Source: a virus
Taxonomy: Duplodnaviria > Caudoviricetes
Direction: 5' to 3' (one strand)
Virus record (IMG/VR): IMGVR_UViG_3300009873_000010
Location: 7,212-71,211 of that record
DNA length: 64,000 nucleotides
Shown: positions 1 to 8,593 of the stretch, piece after piece
Layout: each line of letters starts with the position of its first letter
How positions within the stretch are numbered: position 1 is the stretch's first letter
Notes under the pieces: generated by a model
What the model saw: the letters and a program-made list of their open reading frames with translations, nothing else
Told to the model about the DNA's origin: nothing
The model's database searches: none
Program-made: the position numbers and the translations under genes

Positions 1-67
1 GGAAAGCTGGGACGGTACAGGCACTTTTACAGGAGCTCCATATATTCACGTTTACTGGACAGAATAA
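1..67 (+). CDS. 3' end of an upstream gene (partial, ...ESWDGTGTFTGAPYIHVYWTE*)
   Basis: Frame open from position 2 to TAA 65-67, 7 nt before the next ATG. Confidence 0.6.
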   Translation, partial: ESWDGTGTFTGAPYIHVYWTE

Positions 68-74
68 AACAACA

Positions 75-1139
75 ATGAAGCAGAAATTATTTGCAATCTT
101 AGTATTTACTTTATTTGCGAGCATGGCATTTGCTCAGCAAGACCGCGCAATACGCGACACAGGCGGTGCAACGACAGAGCACGACACTTCTGCAACATTT
201 CATGTGCGCCTTACTTTCGGTGATGAGTATAGTCTGTCACTGGCTACTCTGGACACCGCAGACATCATATCAATCTATGGAGGCGCACAGACTGGCAACC
301 CTTCCACAATAACTTTGCCTGAATTAGGCAGTACAGGTAAATACGATGGTAAGTGGATTCACATTCGAGGCTCAGCAAGCGGCGAAGCAGGTGCAGCACC
401 TTTCGTAATAACACACGAAACTACACCGACAGACATACTTGTGTTGCATCAGCAAACAGGCTCTAAAAAAGGCAATGACACGATCTATTCTACATACGGC
501 GACAACTATCGTTACTATATAAGCAATGATCGCTACTATCGTTATGCTCAAGCGCCTGTAGTATGGCAAAAGACAAACGTAACTAACCTTACAAAAGCAG
601 ATGGACAAGTAGGCGATATTGCAATTAATGCAGCTAAAGACACAATTGCATTCTTTGCAGCCTACTATCCGTGGGTTATACTTGTACCAGTAGGCGGTGC
701 AGCTGCACCTAGTACTAGTTTCGGCATAATGTATGGCAGCGACACTGGTGACTCATTTGTAACTACTGGCTGGACTAAGATAACTGGTGGCGCTATATCC
801 GGCGCAACTTTAGGTGACTGGACGTTTAATGGCACACTTGATAGACTTGAGTACTCTGGCGTAAATGGTGTATACTACAAAGTAGACTTTCATATAGCAG
901 GTTTTGTAGCTAACTCCAATCTAGTAACAATAACTGTAAACAAAAATACTACAGCTACTAGAGCTATTAGCAAAGTAGACATGCTAAATACAGGCACACG
1001 CCACCAAATGAGTGGCTCTGACATACTCTCATTTAATAATGGTGACTATCTTGAAATTGGTGGCCAAGTTAACGCAGTAAACACAACTTTCGACACTTCT
1101 ACTTTACAATTGGTTGTTTCAAAAGTTGTAGGGCAATAA
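75..1139 (+). CDS. Signal-peptide protein with C-terminal C1q/BclA-like beta-sandwich; possible fibre/receptor-binding protein
   Basis: MKQKLFAILVFTLFASMAFA|QQ signal peptide; Thr/Gly-rich; C-terminal GVYYKVDFHI...LSFNNGDYLEI pattern. Confidence 0.5.
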   Translation: MKQKLFAILVFTLFASMAFAQQDRAIRDTGGATTEHDTSATFHVRLTFGDEYSLSLATLDTADIISIYGGAQTGNPSTITLPELGSTGKYDGKWIHIRGSASGEAGAAPFVITHETTPTDILVLHQQTGSKKGNDTIYSTYGDNYRYYISNDRYYRYAQAPVVWQKTNVTNLTKADGQVGDIAINAAKDTIAFFAAYYPWVILVPVGGAAAPSTSFGIMYGSDTGDSFVTTGWTKITGGAISGATLGDWTFNGTLDRLEYSGVNGVYYKVDFHIAGFVANSNLVTITVNKNTTATRAISKVDMLNTGTRHQMSGSDILSFNNGDYLEIGGQVNAVNTTFDTSTLQLVVSKVVGQ

Positions 1140-1159
1140 CTAACAAACTTATCCCATGA

Positions 1160-1747
1160 ATGACTATCTGGTACGTACTAGCTCATGTTACATTGAGCGT
1201 TACAACGATACTTATGCTCGTAGTCGCAAGAAACAGTATAATAAGTTATGCGAATAGAACAACTGTACGCACTATAAGTGCTATATTTGAAGTAATGATG
1301 CGGCTGTTAAACGAAACAACTTCGCATCGAGTTTTACTAATCGCGCTGCACAATGGTGGCAAAGTACTCACACTGAAGAGTAAGAAGTCTATAACTATAA
1401 TTGAGGAAGTGCACGACAGCAGTGTGAAACCTATAAAGCAAGACTTTCAAGATTATGATGTTGGCAGCGATGTTATAAGAGTTCTGGACACTTTAATGCG
1501 CGACAAACAGCTGATAAAAAACACTAATGAATTACAAGTAGGTCTGTTTCAAGATATGCAATATATAGATCAAGCGGAGTCTTTCGCTCTATTTGACATA
1601 GGCTATGCGAAAGGCTTGTATTTTTATATGCTAGTAAGTGCGCATGACACAGACCAATATTATGCGCCTGAGCAATATCGCAAATTGCATATAGGGCAGC
1701 AGAAGATAAAGAAGCTTATTTATAGTAATTCATTTTTTACAATCTAA
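1160..1747 (+). CDS. Membrane-anchored hypothetical protein (holin/antiholin-like topology possible)
   Basis: One N-terminal hydrophobic helix followed by a soluble domain. Confidence 0.4.
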   Translation: MTIWYVLAHVTLSVTTILMLVVARNSIISYANRTTVRTISAIFEVMMRLLNETTSHRVLLIALHNGGKVLTLKSKKSITIIEEVHDSSVKPIKQDFQDYDVGSDVIRVLDTLMRDKQLIKNTNELQVGLFQDMQYIDQAESFALFDIGYAKGLYFYMLVSAHDTDQYYAPEQYRKLHIGQQKIKKLIYSNSFFTI

Positions 1748-1759
1748 ATACCTTCGATT

Positions 1760-3289
1760 ATGTCACTAGCACTTAAGCTCAAAAGAGCTAAGTATGCCCG
1801 CAAACTTGCTACACTACAAAAGCAGTATGCAAGGCAGCTTGAGGAAGGTTGGGATATTGTTTTGCCTCCACCAATCGACGCTATTGTGCCAGACGAATAT
1901 CAGGCACAAGTCGGCAACTGGGCATATCAGTATTGCCAAATTCCGTTCATCGAAACTGCGTTGAAAAACGGCCACAAATTCCAACGTAAAGTCTACATCT
2001 GTACTGCTGACACAGGTGCATTGAGCAGAAACAAGTATCTGAGCCCTTACATCAATGCCGATCTGGCACATGACCATACAGGCTCAGGAGAGCTTTACGA
2101 CGAGCATGGGCATTTCAGTCACTGCAAAGGCATCAACCTTGCAAAGAAAGACGGTGCTAATCTCGGCCTGCTGCATCATCCGCTTATTCCTATTGACTAC
2201 TTTGTAGGCTTTGGGCGTAAAGTGCTAAGCAAATACGGCTCAGGCTCTTACAACTGGATTGAGCAATTCGGCGATAAGCTTATCGACGACATTCGCAAGA
2301 AGGTAATTCCGGAAGATGCTGCTGTTATTGTAAACATGTCGTTTGGCGGTGGCGGCACACATGCAGGTGTAGAGCGCGTAATGAATGAGCTGCGTAGCAT
2401 GGGTGTGTTTTTGCATGCATCTTCGGGTAATGCAAATGGCCCAGTAGGCTTTCCTGCAAAGCTAACATCAGTGTTTGCTATCGGCGCACACGACCAGGAT
2501 GAAAAGCGCGCGTCATTCTCTAACTTTGGCCCTGAGCTATTCGCTTCAGGCGCTGGTGTAGGCATCACATCTACCGGTGATGGTGAGGACGAGCTGCTGA
2601 CATGGAGCGGCACTTCAATGGCGGGCCCAACTTATGGCGCGAACATGGCGTTGCTGCTTAGCTTGGCGCCGGACATTCGCAATATGGACGATCTGGAAGC
2701 ATTTCTTGCCGACGGCAATCTTAAAGATGTAGGCGATCCTGGCCGCGACAGCTACTTTGGCCATGGTATTGCTCGGCTCGACTATCTTGTAGACGAGCCT
2801 ATAGGTGGTGACCCACCGCCGCCTCCACCGCCACCGGAGCCCGAGCCGCCTAAATATGACTATCCAACGCCGCGCGTAACCCGCCTTGAGCTAAAGGGCG
2901 ACTTCCGCATGTGGTGGAGGACTATGGGTGGCGAAACTACCGGCCAAGGCACAGCAACTACGATGCTTGAGAGCGAGCTGAGCTCTAATGAGATGCTACC
3001 GATTCATGGTTACACGAACACAGTTACTCTTGAGGACTTGGTGCTTGCGCTGGAAACAAAGTCATTCGCAGCACCTGCCGCTGAACTGCATGAAAAGCTT
3101 ACTAAAGAGTTCTTTGCAAATGGCAAGCGTGGTGTAATAATGCCACAGCCTGCTGATGCTCAGGATGCAGCAGAATGGGGTTTGTTTTTCCTTAAGCTCC
3201 TGGCTAACAAAGAGGGTGGCGAGATCGTAGCCTGCGCCGCTCGTGCTACATTCGACGGTGTAGTTACTGAGGTTACGAACAGAGTGTGA
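1760..3289 (+). CDS. Subtilisin-like S8 serine protease with poly-Pro linker and C-terminal domain
   Basis: ICTADTG (Asp), DEHGHFSHCKG (His), VNMSFGG, ASSGN, ASFSNFG, SGTSMAGP (Ser); PPPPPPPPEPEPP linker. Confidence 0.92.
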   Translation: MSLALKLKRAKYARKLATLQKQYARQLEEGWDIVLPPPIDAIVPDEYQAQVGNWAYQYCQIPFIETALKNGHKFQRKVYICTADTGALSRNKYLSPYINADLAHDHTGSGELYDEHGHFSHCKGINLAKKDGANLGLLHHPLIPIDYFVGFGRKVLSKYGSGSYNWIEQFGDKLIDDIRKKVIPEDAAVIVNMSFGGGGTHAGVERVMNELRSMGVFLHASSGNANGPVGFPAKLTSVFAIGAHDQDEKRASFSNFGPELFASGAGVGITSTGDGEDELLTWSGTSMAGPTYGANMALLLSLAPDIRNMDDLEAFLADGNLKDVGDPGRDSYFGHGIARLDYLVDEPIGGDPPPPPPPPEPEPPKYDYPTPRVTRLELKGDFRMWWRTMGGETTGQGTATTMLESELSSNEMLPIHGYTNTVTLEDLVLALETKSFAAPAAELHEKLTKEFFANGKRGVIMPQPADAQDAAEWGLFFLKLLANKEGGEIVACAARATFDGVVTEVTNRV

Positions 3290-3696
3290 TTATTTCACCT
3301 AAACATACTGCAATGACGCGTACATTTATTACCAGAGCTGCAATGCTGCTATTCGCTTTACTTACAGCTCTGCTGTGTTCTGCTCAAGGCGAGGCGCCTG
3401 AGCTGCCGACTATTCCAGATAACCCTAATGTAGGCGACCTGTTGGGCCTATATGAAGTGCTTTACGGAGCGCTCGTGGTGATCTGGGGCTACGTTGCAAA
3501 AGCCCTTGGTTGGAAAACGGAGAAAATACCATTCGTATTTGTGGTTGTGGCGGGCGCGCTAGTTGTTGGCGGCGTATTTCTGCTGCTCGACCTCAGCGAT
3601 GCTATCACACTCGTGATTTCTTTCCTGCTTTCACTGGGCATTTTCGATGCGATTTTTAAGCCTGTAGAGAAGCTTTTAAAGCAGGCGACGAGCTAA
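3286..3696 (+). CDS. Small multi-pass membrane protein with signal peptide (holin-like candidate)
   Basis: AAMLLFALLTALLCSA|Q then about 3 hydrophobic helices; last gene of the + operon. Confidence 0.45.
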   Translation: MIISPKHTAMTRTFITRAAMLLFALLTALLCSAQGEAPELPTIPDNPNVGDLLGLYEVLYGALVVIWGYVAKALGWKTEKIPFVFVVVAGALVVGGVFLLLDLSDAITLVISFLLSLGIFDAIFKPVEKLLKQATS

Positions 3697-3722
3697 TTGT
3701 ATGGGATTATGGAGTTTTGAGA

Positions 3723-3744
3723 GGGTCGCCTTTAGGGGTGACCC
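3723..3744 (+). terminator. Hairpin at the convergence of the + and - operons
   Basis: GGGTCGCC-tttagg-GGTGACCC, 27 nt after the stop at 3696. Confidence 0.55.
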
Positions 3745-3756
3745 TATCTCTATCTT

Positions 3757-3793
3757 CTAGGCTCGAGCCTGGTTAATCTGGGCTCGAGCCTAG
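3757..3793. repeat. 13-bp perfect inverted repeat whose arms each contain the palindrome GGCTCGAGCC
   Basis: CTAGGCTCGAGCC (3757-3769), 11-nt spacer, GGCTCGAGCCTAG (3781-3793); related AGGCTCGAACCTAG at 3848-3861. Confidence 0.9.
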
Positions 3794-3857
3794 TCGTTTT
3801 ATTTAATATCCTTTATAGAATAGATAGGATATAGGCGCCGAATGACCAGGCTCGAAC

Positions 3858-4178
3858 CTAGGCCTCATCGGGTTGCTCCGGAAGTAGCTCAGATTCCTCT
3901 GTGCTTTTCTTGTAGACCACACGAGTCGTGCGATATGTTTCAGTCTGCAGAGCATTGGGCTTCTCTGAGCCTATAATTTCACGAGCTTTTGCAAGAAGCT
4001 GCACGTCTGTGGGTTTCGCAGGCTGTTCAAGGATAAAGCTGACAGGCAGCATTTGCTTGCTTACAGGCAGACCTGGCGAGCTCGGCTGATCTACGAGAAG
4101 ATTTACCCAGCAGTGCCACTGATTAATGAGTGTAAGTGATGCGTCTCTTTCGAGAACTGCTTTAAGTTCATCTGACAT
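3858..4178 (-). CDS. Hypothetical protein
   Basis: 106-aa ORF with AT-rich leader, last gene of the - operon. Confidence 0.7.
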   Translation of the reverse strand: MSDELKAVLERDASLTLINQWHCWVNLLVDQPSSPGLPVSKQMLPVSFILEQPAKPTDVQLLAKAREIIGSEKPNALQTETYRTTRVVYKKSTEESELLPEQPDEA

Positions 4179-4350
4179 ATTTTTAAAATTTAAAGGTTAA
4201 TAACCGTCCTCTTTAGCCTCAAGTATGCATTGCGCCTTGCTGCTAACTAGCCTTACTGAGCAGAAAGGCATAAAAAATATTACTAAGCGCAGCAGATCGT
4301 TGCGCTCTGTCACAAATGCAAAGCCGAATAATGTGTAATACATGTGGCTA

Positions 4351-4812
4351 TTACTCATAGGACTCAAATTTTATGCTTGCTGCAACTATCATGCCATCGT
4401 CTGCAATAGTTATCTGTGCGTAAGGCAGGCCTGCAACTTCAACTACTAGTTCTTGTATATCAATACCTAGTGCTTGCAGTTGATTTACATTATGGCCATA
4501 CAAAGGTATTTGCATTGTTATGGTAGATTCTAAAGCAGGATCGCCTTGCGAAGCATACACTTTAGACTTCAAGTATAGCACAATAGACATAATGTCGCTG
4601 TGTATAATATGCCTAGGCTTTTGATGCTGCTCTACAACAACATTAATTGTGCATGCTTCATTAAAATCTACACCAGCAAAATCAATGTAGGGCACAATTA
4701 AAAGCGTGTCTAAAATTTCGCTCTCAAAAATAAACTTGCCGACTTTGTATTGCCAGCATACAGGCTTTTTAAAAGCGGCTATGAGCTTATCAATTTCTGG
4801 TGTAAATGACAT
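4351..4812 (-). CDS. Hypothetical protein
   Basis: 153-aa ORF in the - operon. Confidence 0.7.
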   Translation of the reverse strand: MSFTPEIDKLIAAFKKPVCWQYKVGKFIFESEILDTLLIVPYIDFAGVDFNEACTINVVVEQHQKPRHIIHSDIMSIVLYLKSKVYASQGDPALESTITMQIPLYGHNVNQLQALGIDIQELVVEVAGLPYAQITIADDGMIVAASIKFESYE

Positions 4813-4918
4813 TTGCCTGATAATTAATGCTTAATGATGTAAATGCGAAAGGCGATTTGCTGCCATGCCGGATAGGCCTATCTAATATAGGCAGTCGGGT
4901 CGCCAGCATGGCTCTGGC

Positions 4919-5119
4919 TCATGTCCGCACAATGGGCACATATTTTTGCATTTCGTGTAGTAGCTTGAGCGTTTCTTTATAAGCGAAAACTTTTGCATCA
5001 GTATCTGTGCAGCATTCTGCAATCTTGAGACTATAAGCAAGATTGTAACATGTAGATAGAAGCTTGTGTTCATTGCTACCAGGTTTAAATGTTAACCAAT
5101 CAAGTTCTTTTGCCGACAT
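4919..5119 (-). CDS. Hypothetical protein
   Basis: 66-aa ORF overlapping the end of 5100-5342. Confidence 0.55.
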   Translation of the reverse strand: MSAKELDWLTFKPGSNEHKLLSTCYNLAYSLKIAECCTDTDAKVFAYKETLKLLHEMQKYVPIVRT

Positions 5120-5342
5120 ATTTGTTGGGTTGATAGTCTATAGAAGCTTCAGTGAGCACTACAAAGCGCTCATTGCCTGGGCGGAACCAGCTTATGTAAC
5201 CCTTCTGCATCCAATAGCCTATAGTGGTACGGCATACAGTTGGGTGATACCGCTCAATGTATTCGTCAATTGTTATGAAGTCCTGCTTTTCATCGAGTAT
5301 GTCGCTTTTTAGCCACTCCCCCGGTTTACGTTGATTACTCAT
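5100..5342 (-). CDS. Small winged-HTH (MerR/excisionase-like) DNA-binding protein
   Basis: ITIDEYIERY...RTTIGYWMQKGYISWFRPGNERFVV pattern. Confidence 0.55.
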   Translation of the reverse strand: MSNQRKPGEWLKSDILDEKQDFITIDEYIERYHPTVCRTTIGYWMQKGYISWFRPGNERFVVLTEASIDYQPNKYVGKRT

Positions 5343-5863
5343 AGAATGCTTTTGCTTAAATCTTCGTATGTAATGTGTTCAAAGAATTGCGCCGAATCAT
5401 ATATTAGTAAATGCTCACCTTCTGCGATTGGCATTATACGTATATGCGCTATGCTTATGTGTTCTGTTGAAAAAGCTAAATGCCAAGTGCTCGCAGGCAT
5501 AGAGTTCATGCGCATAAATAGCAATGGCACTTTACCTACAGCCTTAGCGTCGCCTTTAGCTTGTTTGAATTTTGTAAAAAATACAGAGTTAGCTCTTAGC
5601 TGCTCGCTTATAGCATAAGCTTTATAGAATTTAGCTTCTACTACAAAATGCCTGTAGTCTGGATTAGTGCTAATAACATCGCCGACTATTTCGCTGCGGT
5701 TACGCCATCTTAAACCACCAGACCTAGGCACGCGGACCCACTCGGCGCCAGACCAAGCTGTCAATGCATGTGCAAGTGCACGCTCATTGCCTGCGCCTTT
5801 CACATTTACATTAATACCCTTGCGTGACAAGAGCTCGCCGAATAGATCGTCGTGTAGGCTCAT
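5339..5863 (-). CDS. Holliday junction resolvase, PD-(D/E)XK (Hjc-like)
   Basis: KGAGNERALA...RVPRSGG...GDVI...VVEAK motifs. Confidence 0.85.
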   Translation of the reverse strand: MSLHDDLFGELLSRKGINVNVKGAGNERALAHALTAWSGAEWVRVPRSGGLRWRNRSEIVGDVISTNPDYRHFVVEAKFYKAYAISEQLRANSVFFTKFKQAKGDAKAVGKVPLLFMRMNSMPASTWHLAFSTEHISIAHIRIMPIAEGEHLLIYDSAQFFEHITYEDLSKSIL

Positions 5864-6105
5864 GCCTCTTGCAGTTCCTGCAGTAAGTCAGGCTCGCCTT
5901 TCTCGGTAGGATACTGCAGCCAATGTAGCACGTCACGTATGCCTTCTTCGTAAGACATGCCATTGAACTTAGTGCCTGCATTGTTTATGATGCGCTCTGC
6001 TTCTGCTTCCAGAGTTTGTACATCGTTTAAGTTACGCACTATAACGAAAGGTAACTTGTCCATAATAAGCTTTTTGGTGAATAATGTCGTGCTATTTAAA
6101 ATCAA
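5860..6105 (-). CDS. Hypothetical protein
   Basis: First ORF of the - operon, coupled to the resolvase. Confidence 0.6.
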   Translation of the reverse strand: MILNSTTLFTKKLIMDKLPFVIVRNLNDVQTLEAEAERIINNAGTKFNGMSYEEGIRDVLHWLQYPTEKGEPDLLQELQEA

Positions 6106-6109
6106 TAAT

Positions 6110-6117
6110 CAAAATTA
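6110..6117 (-). promoter_or_regulatory. Leftward -7 box (TAATTTTG on the - strand), divergent from the 6181 promoter
   Basis: CAAAATTA on + fits TAnnTTTG on -, just upstream of the - operon. Confidence 0.5.
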
Positions 6118-6180
6118 ATTAAAATTGCATTAGAAATCAAATTTGTCGAAATTTATTTTACTTTTTCTCCTTATATATAT

Positions 6181-6188
6181 TATCTTTG
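6181..6188 (+). promoter_or_regulatory. Bacteroidota-type promoter -7 box TATCTTTG; other copies at 7592, 8569, 9761, 14924, 18140, 22506, 24993, 39385, 39514; variants at 7735, 30872, 37947 and 39094 (-)
   Basis: Copies lie in AT-rich gaps upstream of gene starts (7592 is farther upstream), often preceded by AAATTT(C/G)ACTTTTT; matches TAnnTTTG. Confidence 0.85.
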
Positions 6189-6205
6189 AATCAAAATAGA
6201 AAATT

Positions 6206-7573
6206 ATGAAATTAAGCTTTCAGGAAGATGTGTTAAAATATGTAATGCAAGAGCGCTTAGGGCACTACATAGGCTACTTAGAGAAAGACGCGTTCGACTT
6301 ACATGAGCACAGAATAATCTTGGATTTAGTAAAAGGCTACTATGCTCGCTATAAAGTAATGCCCACTAAGCATTCAATTGTGCACTTCTTTAATGAAAGC
6401 GCAGAAGCTATGGGCTTATCAGAAGAATTGGCAAGCATACTGTTAGAAACTGTGTTGAGCCTTTACACTGATAAACTAGAAGCAGACGCGCCTTATGTTG
6501 AAGATAAGCTGATAGAGTTCTGCAAAACACAAGGCGCTAGACGTATCTTTGAGGAATTTAGTGCAGAGCTCGCAGAAAACACATACGTTAGCGATGCAGA
6601 CATAGCAAAGATGTATCGTAAGATGGCGACTCTTGTTAACTTAGGGCAGCACACAGAGCAATCAGTGCAAGGGCATTGGTTGATAAAAGAAACTTACACA
6701 AAGCTAGCTCAAGAAGGCCATCCAACATATTTGCAAGCTCTTAATAATATGACAGCTGCGGGTGGCTTTCACACACCACAACTGATTATTTGGATGTCTG
6801 AACCAAAGGGTTTTAAGACAGGCTTAACTATTTCAGTCGCTGTGCAATATGTGCGAATGGGCTATAATGTGTTCTATGCAGACACAGAGAACTTTGTAGA
6901 TGATATTATTGAGCGTGCTGAGCAGGCTATGACTGAAATGACTGTTACAGAACTGCGTGATAATATGAAGTACTTGCGCAACTTAAAGCTGCAATACAGG
7001 CATACGCAAGGTGAAATGCGTGCAGAGTTTTTTATGCCTAAAAAAGCTACACTAGTAGATGTAGACATAAAACTTCAGCAGCTCAAGGAAGAACACAACT
7101 GGGTACCAGATATTATAGTGTACGACTATTTGGATAATTTCGAGCCTGCTGGCAAAGATTTGCAGAAAAGATTAGCTATTCAGGACGTATACTTTCATGC
7201 GATTAGGCTCAACGTGAAGTACGGCACGTTCGCATTCTCGCCCTCACAGGTCGGACGACAGGCGGTGAATAAGGCAGTTATAAAGATGACAGACTTTGCA
7301 GAGGATTTCGGCAAAGCAGCTAATGCACATGCAGCATTTGCATTATGTAGAACAGACGAAGAGCGCAAAGCAGGTGTAGCACGAGTAGTTGCAGTAATGC
7401 AACGTAAAGGCAAAAATGCTCAGAAGGCTATACCTTGCTTTATAGAAGTAGACGAAGATCGCATGCTTATACACGAGATAACTATGGAGCAGTGGGAAGA
7501 GCGAGTCAAGATTGCAATGCAAGAGCGCGATGACGACGACAGCGATTTTGACACAGATGTAACTGATGTTTGA
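6206..7573 (+). CDS. dnaB: Replicative DnaB-like (SF4) helicase
   Basis: Walker A-like SEPKGFKT, Walker B IIVYDYLD, SPSQVGR, DFAEDFGKA motifs; acidic tail. Confidence 0.85.
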   Translation: MKLSFQEDVLKYVMQERLGHYIGYLEKDAFDLHEHRIILDLVKGYYARYKVMPTKHSIVHFFNESAEAMGLSEELASILLETVLSLYTDKLEADAPYVEDKLIEFCKTQGARRIFEEFSAELAENTYVSDADIAKMYRKMATLVNLGQHTEQSVQGHWLIKETYTKLAQEGHPTYLQALNNMTAAGGFHTPQLIIWMSEPKGFKTGLTISVAVQYVRMGYNVFYADTENFVDDIIERAEQAMTEMTVTELRDNMKYLRNLKLQYRHTQGEMRAEFFMPKKATLVDVDIKLQQLKEEHNWVPDIIVYDYLDNFEPAGKDLQKRLAIQDVYFHAIRLNVKYGTFAFSPSQVGRQAVNKAVIKMTDFAEDFGKAANAHAAFALCRTDEERKAGVARVVAVMQRKGKNAQKAIPCFIEVDEDRMLIHEITMEQWEERVKIAMQERDDDDSDFDTDVTDV

Positions 7574-7654
7574 TTATTCAGAAAAAAGTGTTATCTTTGT
7601 GATACCACCGTGTTGGAAGCATGTGTGAACTTTTTTGAATGAAGCATTGGTCGT

Positions 7655-7682
7655 CGTGCTCGGGTAGTTTTACCCGGGCACG
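7655..7682 (+). other. 12-bp GC-rich hairpin between two promoter boxes upstream of the initiator gene
   Basis: CGTGCTCGGGTA-gttt-TACCCGGGCACG; no U-tract. Confidence 0.6.
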
Positions 7683-7767
7683 CCAGCTGTAACATTTGAT
7701 GCGAATTTATATTTGACCTTTTATAGAAATTTCATATCTTTATCTTTCATTCAAAAAATGATAGATT

Positions 7768-8517
7768 ATGCTTCCAATTCAAGTAAGACACAGCTCTGTG
7801 TCTGACTTTTCCAAAGTGCTTTACTCAGAGATATATGATTTAGCTCAGCTGAATGTACGCAGAACAGGCGATCCAGCTGCATGCTTTTGCTATGCAAAAG
7901 ACGAGCATTTCGCAGACGTACTTCATAAGTCTACTAAAACTGTTAAGCGTGGCATCAAAGAGCTAAAGGATGCAAGCTTTGTGCGTGCAATATCTACACC
8001 TATAATGGGTGGCGGCACTGCAAGACGTTTATACGTTGCTAATGCAATACTTTCAGATGCAGAAGTTGAGCGCATCAAGATGGATTTAAAGCTTCGCGGC
8101 AGGTATCTTAACCCTAAATTCCACGGAAGGGTCACCAGTGTCCCTTCGGACGGAAGGGTCACCGATGTCCCTTCGTATATAGAAAGAAACCCATATATAC
8201 TAAAAGGAAAACCTCTAAGCGAAGCCGCAGAGCGGGCTCCGCTCACAAAGCATGCATTCAAAAAAACGCTAGAAGCAAATCCAGAGCTGCTTGCTATAAT
8301 CTTTGAGTCTTTAAATGCATCTAACATCTATGCATTGACTCTATCTATCAATAAGTTTTTCCTATCTGTTAACAGTGAGCGCACTCTATCTGAGTGGTTG
8401 GTCAAACTAAATGGCTGGTTAGTGCAAGAATGCAGAGACTTAACATCTGATTTGAAGATAAGCGCACTAGATCGAATTGCAATAGCACGCCTAATTCTTT
8501 CCAATACTATATTGTAA
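7768..8517 (+). CDS. Replication initiator-like protein (N-terminal wHTH, lambda O-like organisation)
   Basis: CYAKDEHFADVLHKSTKTVKRGIKELKDASFV helix-turn-helix; internal repeats; next to dnaB. Confidence 0.65.
   Translation: MLPIQVRHSSVSDFSKVLYSEIYDLAQLNVRRTGDPAACFCYAKDEHFADVLHKSTKTVKRGIKELKDASFVRAISTPIMGGGTARRLYVANAILSDAEVERIKMDLKLRGRYLNPKFHGRVTSVPSDGRVTDVPSYIERNPYILKGKPLSEAAERAPLTKHAFKKTLEANPELLAIIFESLNASNIYALTLSINKFFLSVNSERTLSEWLVKLNGWLVQECRDLTSDLKISALDRIAIARLILSNTIL
8123..8175. repeat. Two 26-bp direct repeats with internal dyad (putative iterons), followed by an AT-rich tract
   Basis: ACGGAAGGGTCACCAGTGTCCCTTCG (8123-8148) and ACGGAAGGGTCACCGATGTCCCTTCG (8150-8175); GAAGGG...CCCTTC dyad. 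Confidence 0.85.
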
Positions 8518-8593
8518 TTATTTCAACAACATTAATGTAGAAAATTTCACTTTTTAATCAAATATCTATATCTTTGATTAAAATATTGAATCT

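Noticed and set aside
2811-2850. CCG/CCA microsatellite
   Set aside because: Simply encodes the poly-Pro linker of the S8 protease
5100-5342. Excisionase as evidence of a temperate lifestyle
   Set aside because: No integrase, repressor-operator switch or att site is seen; the fold is common in lytic phages
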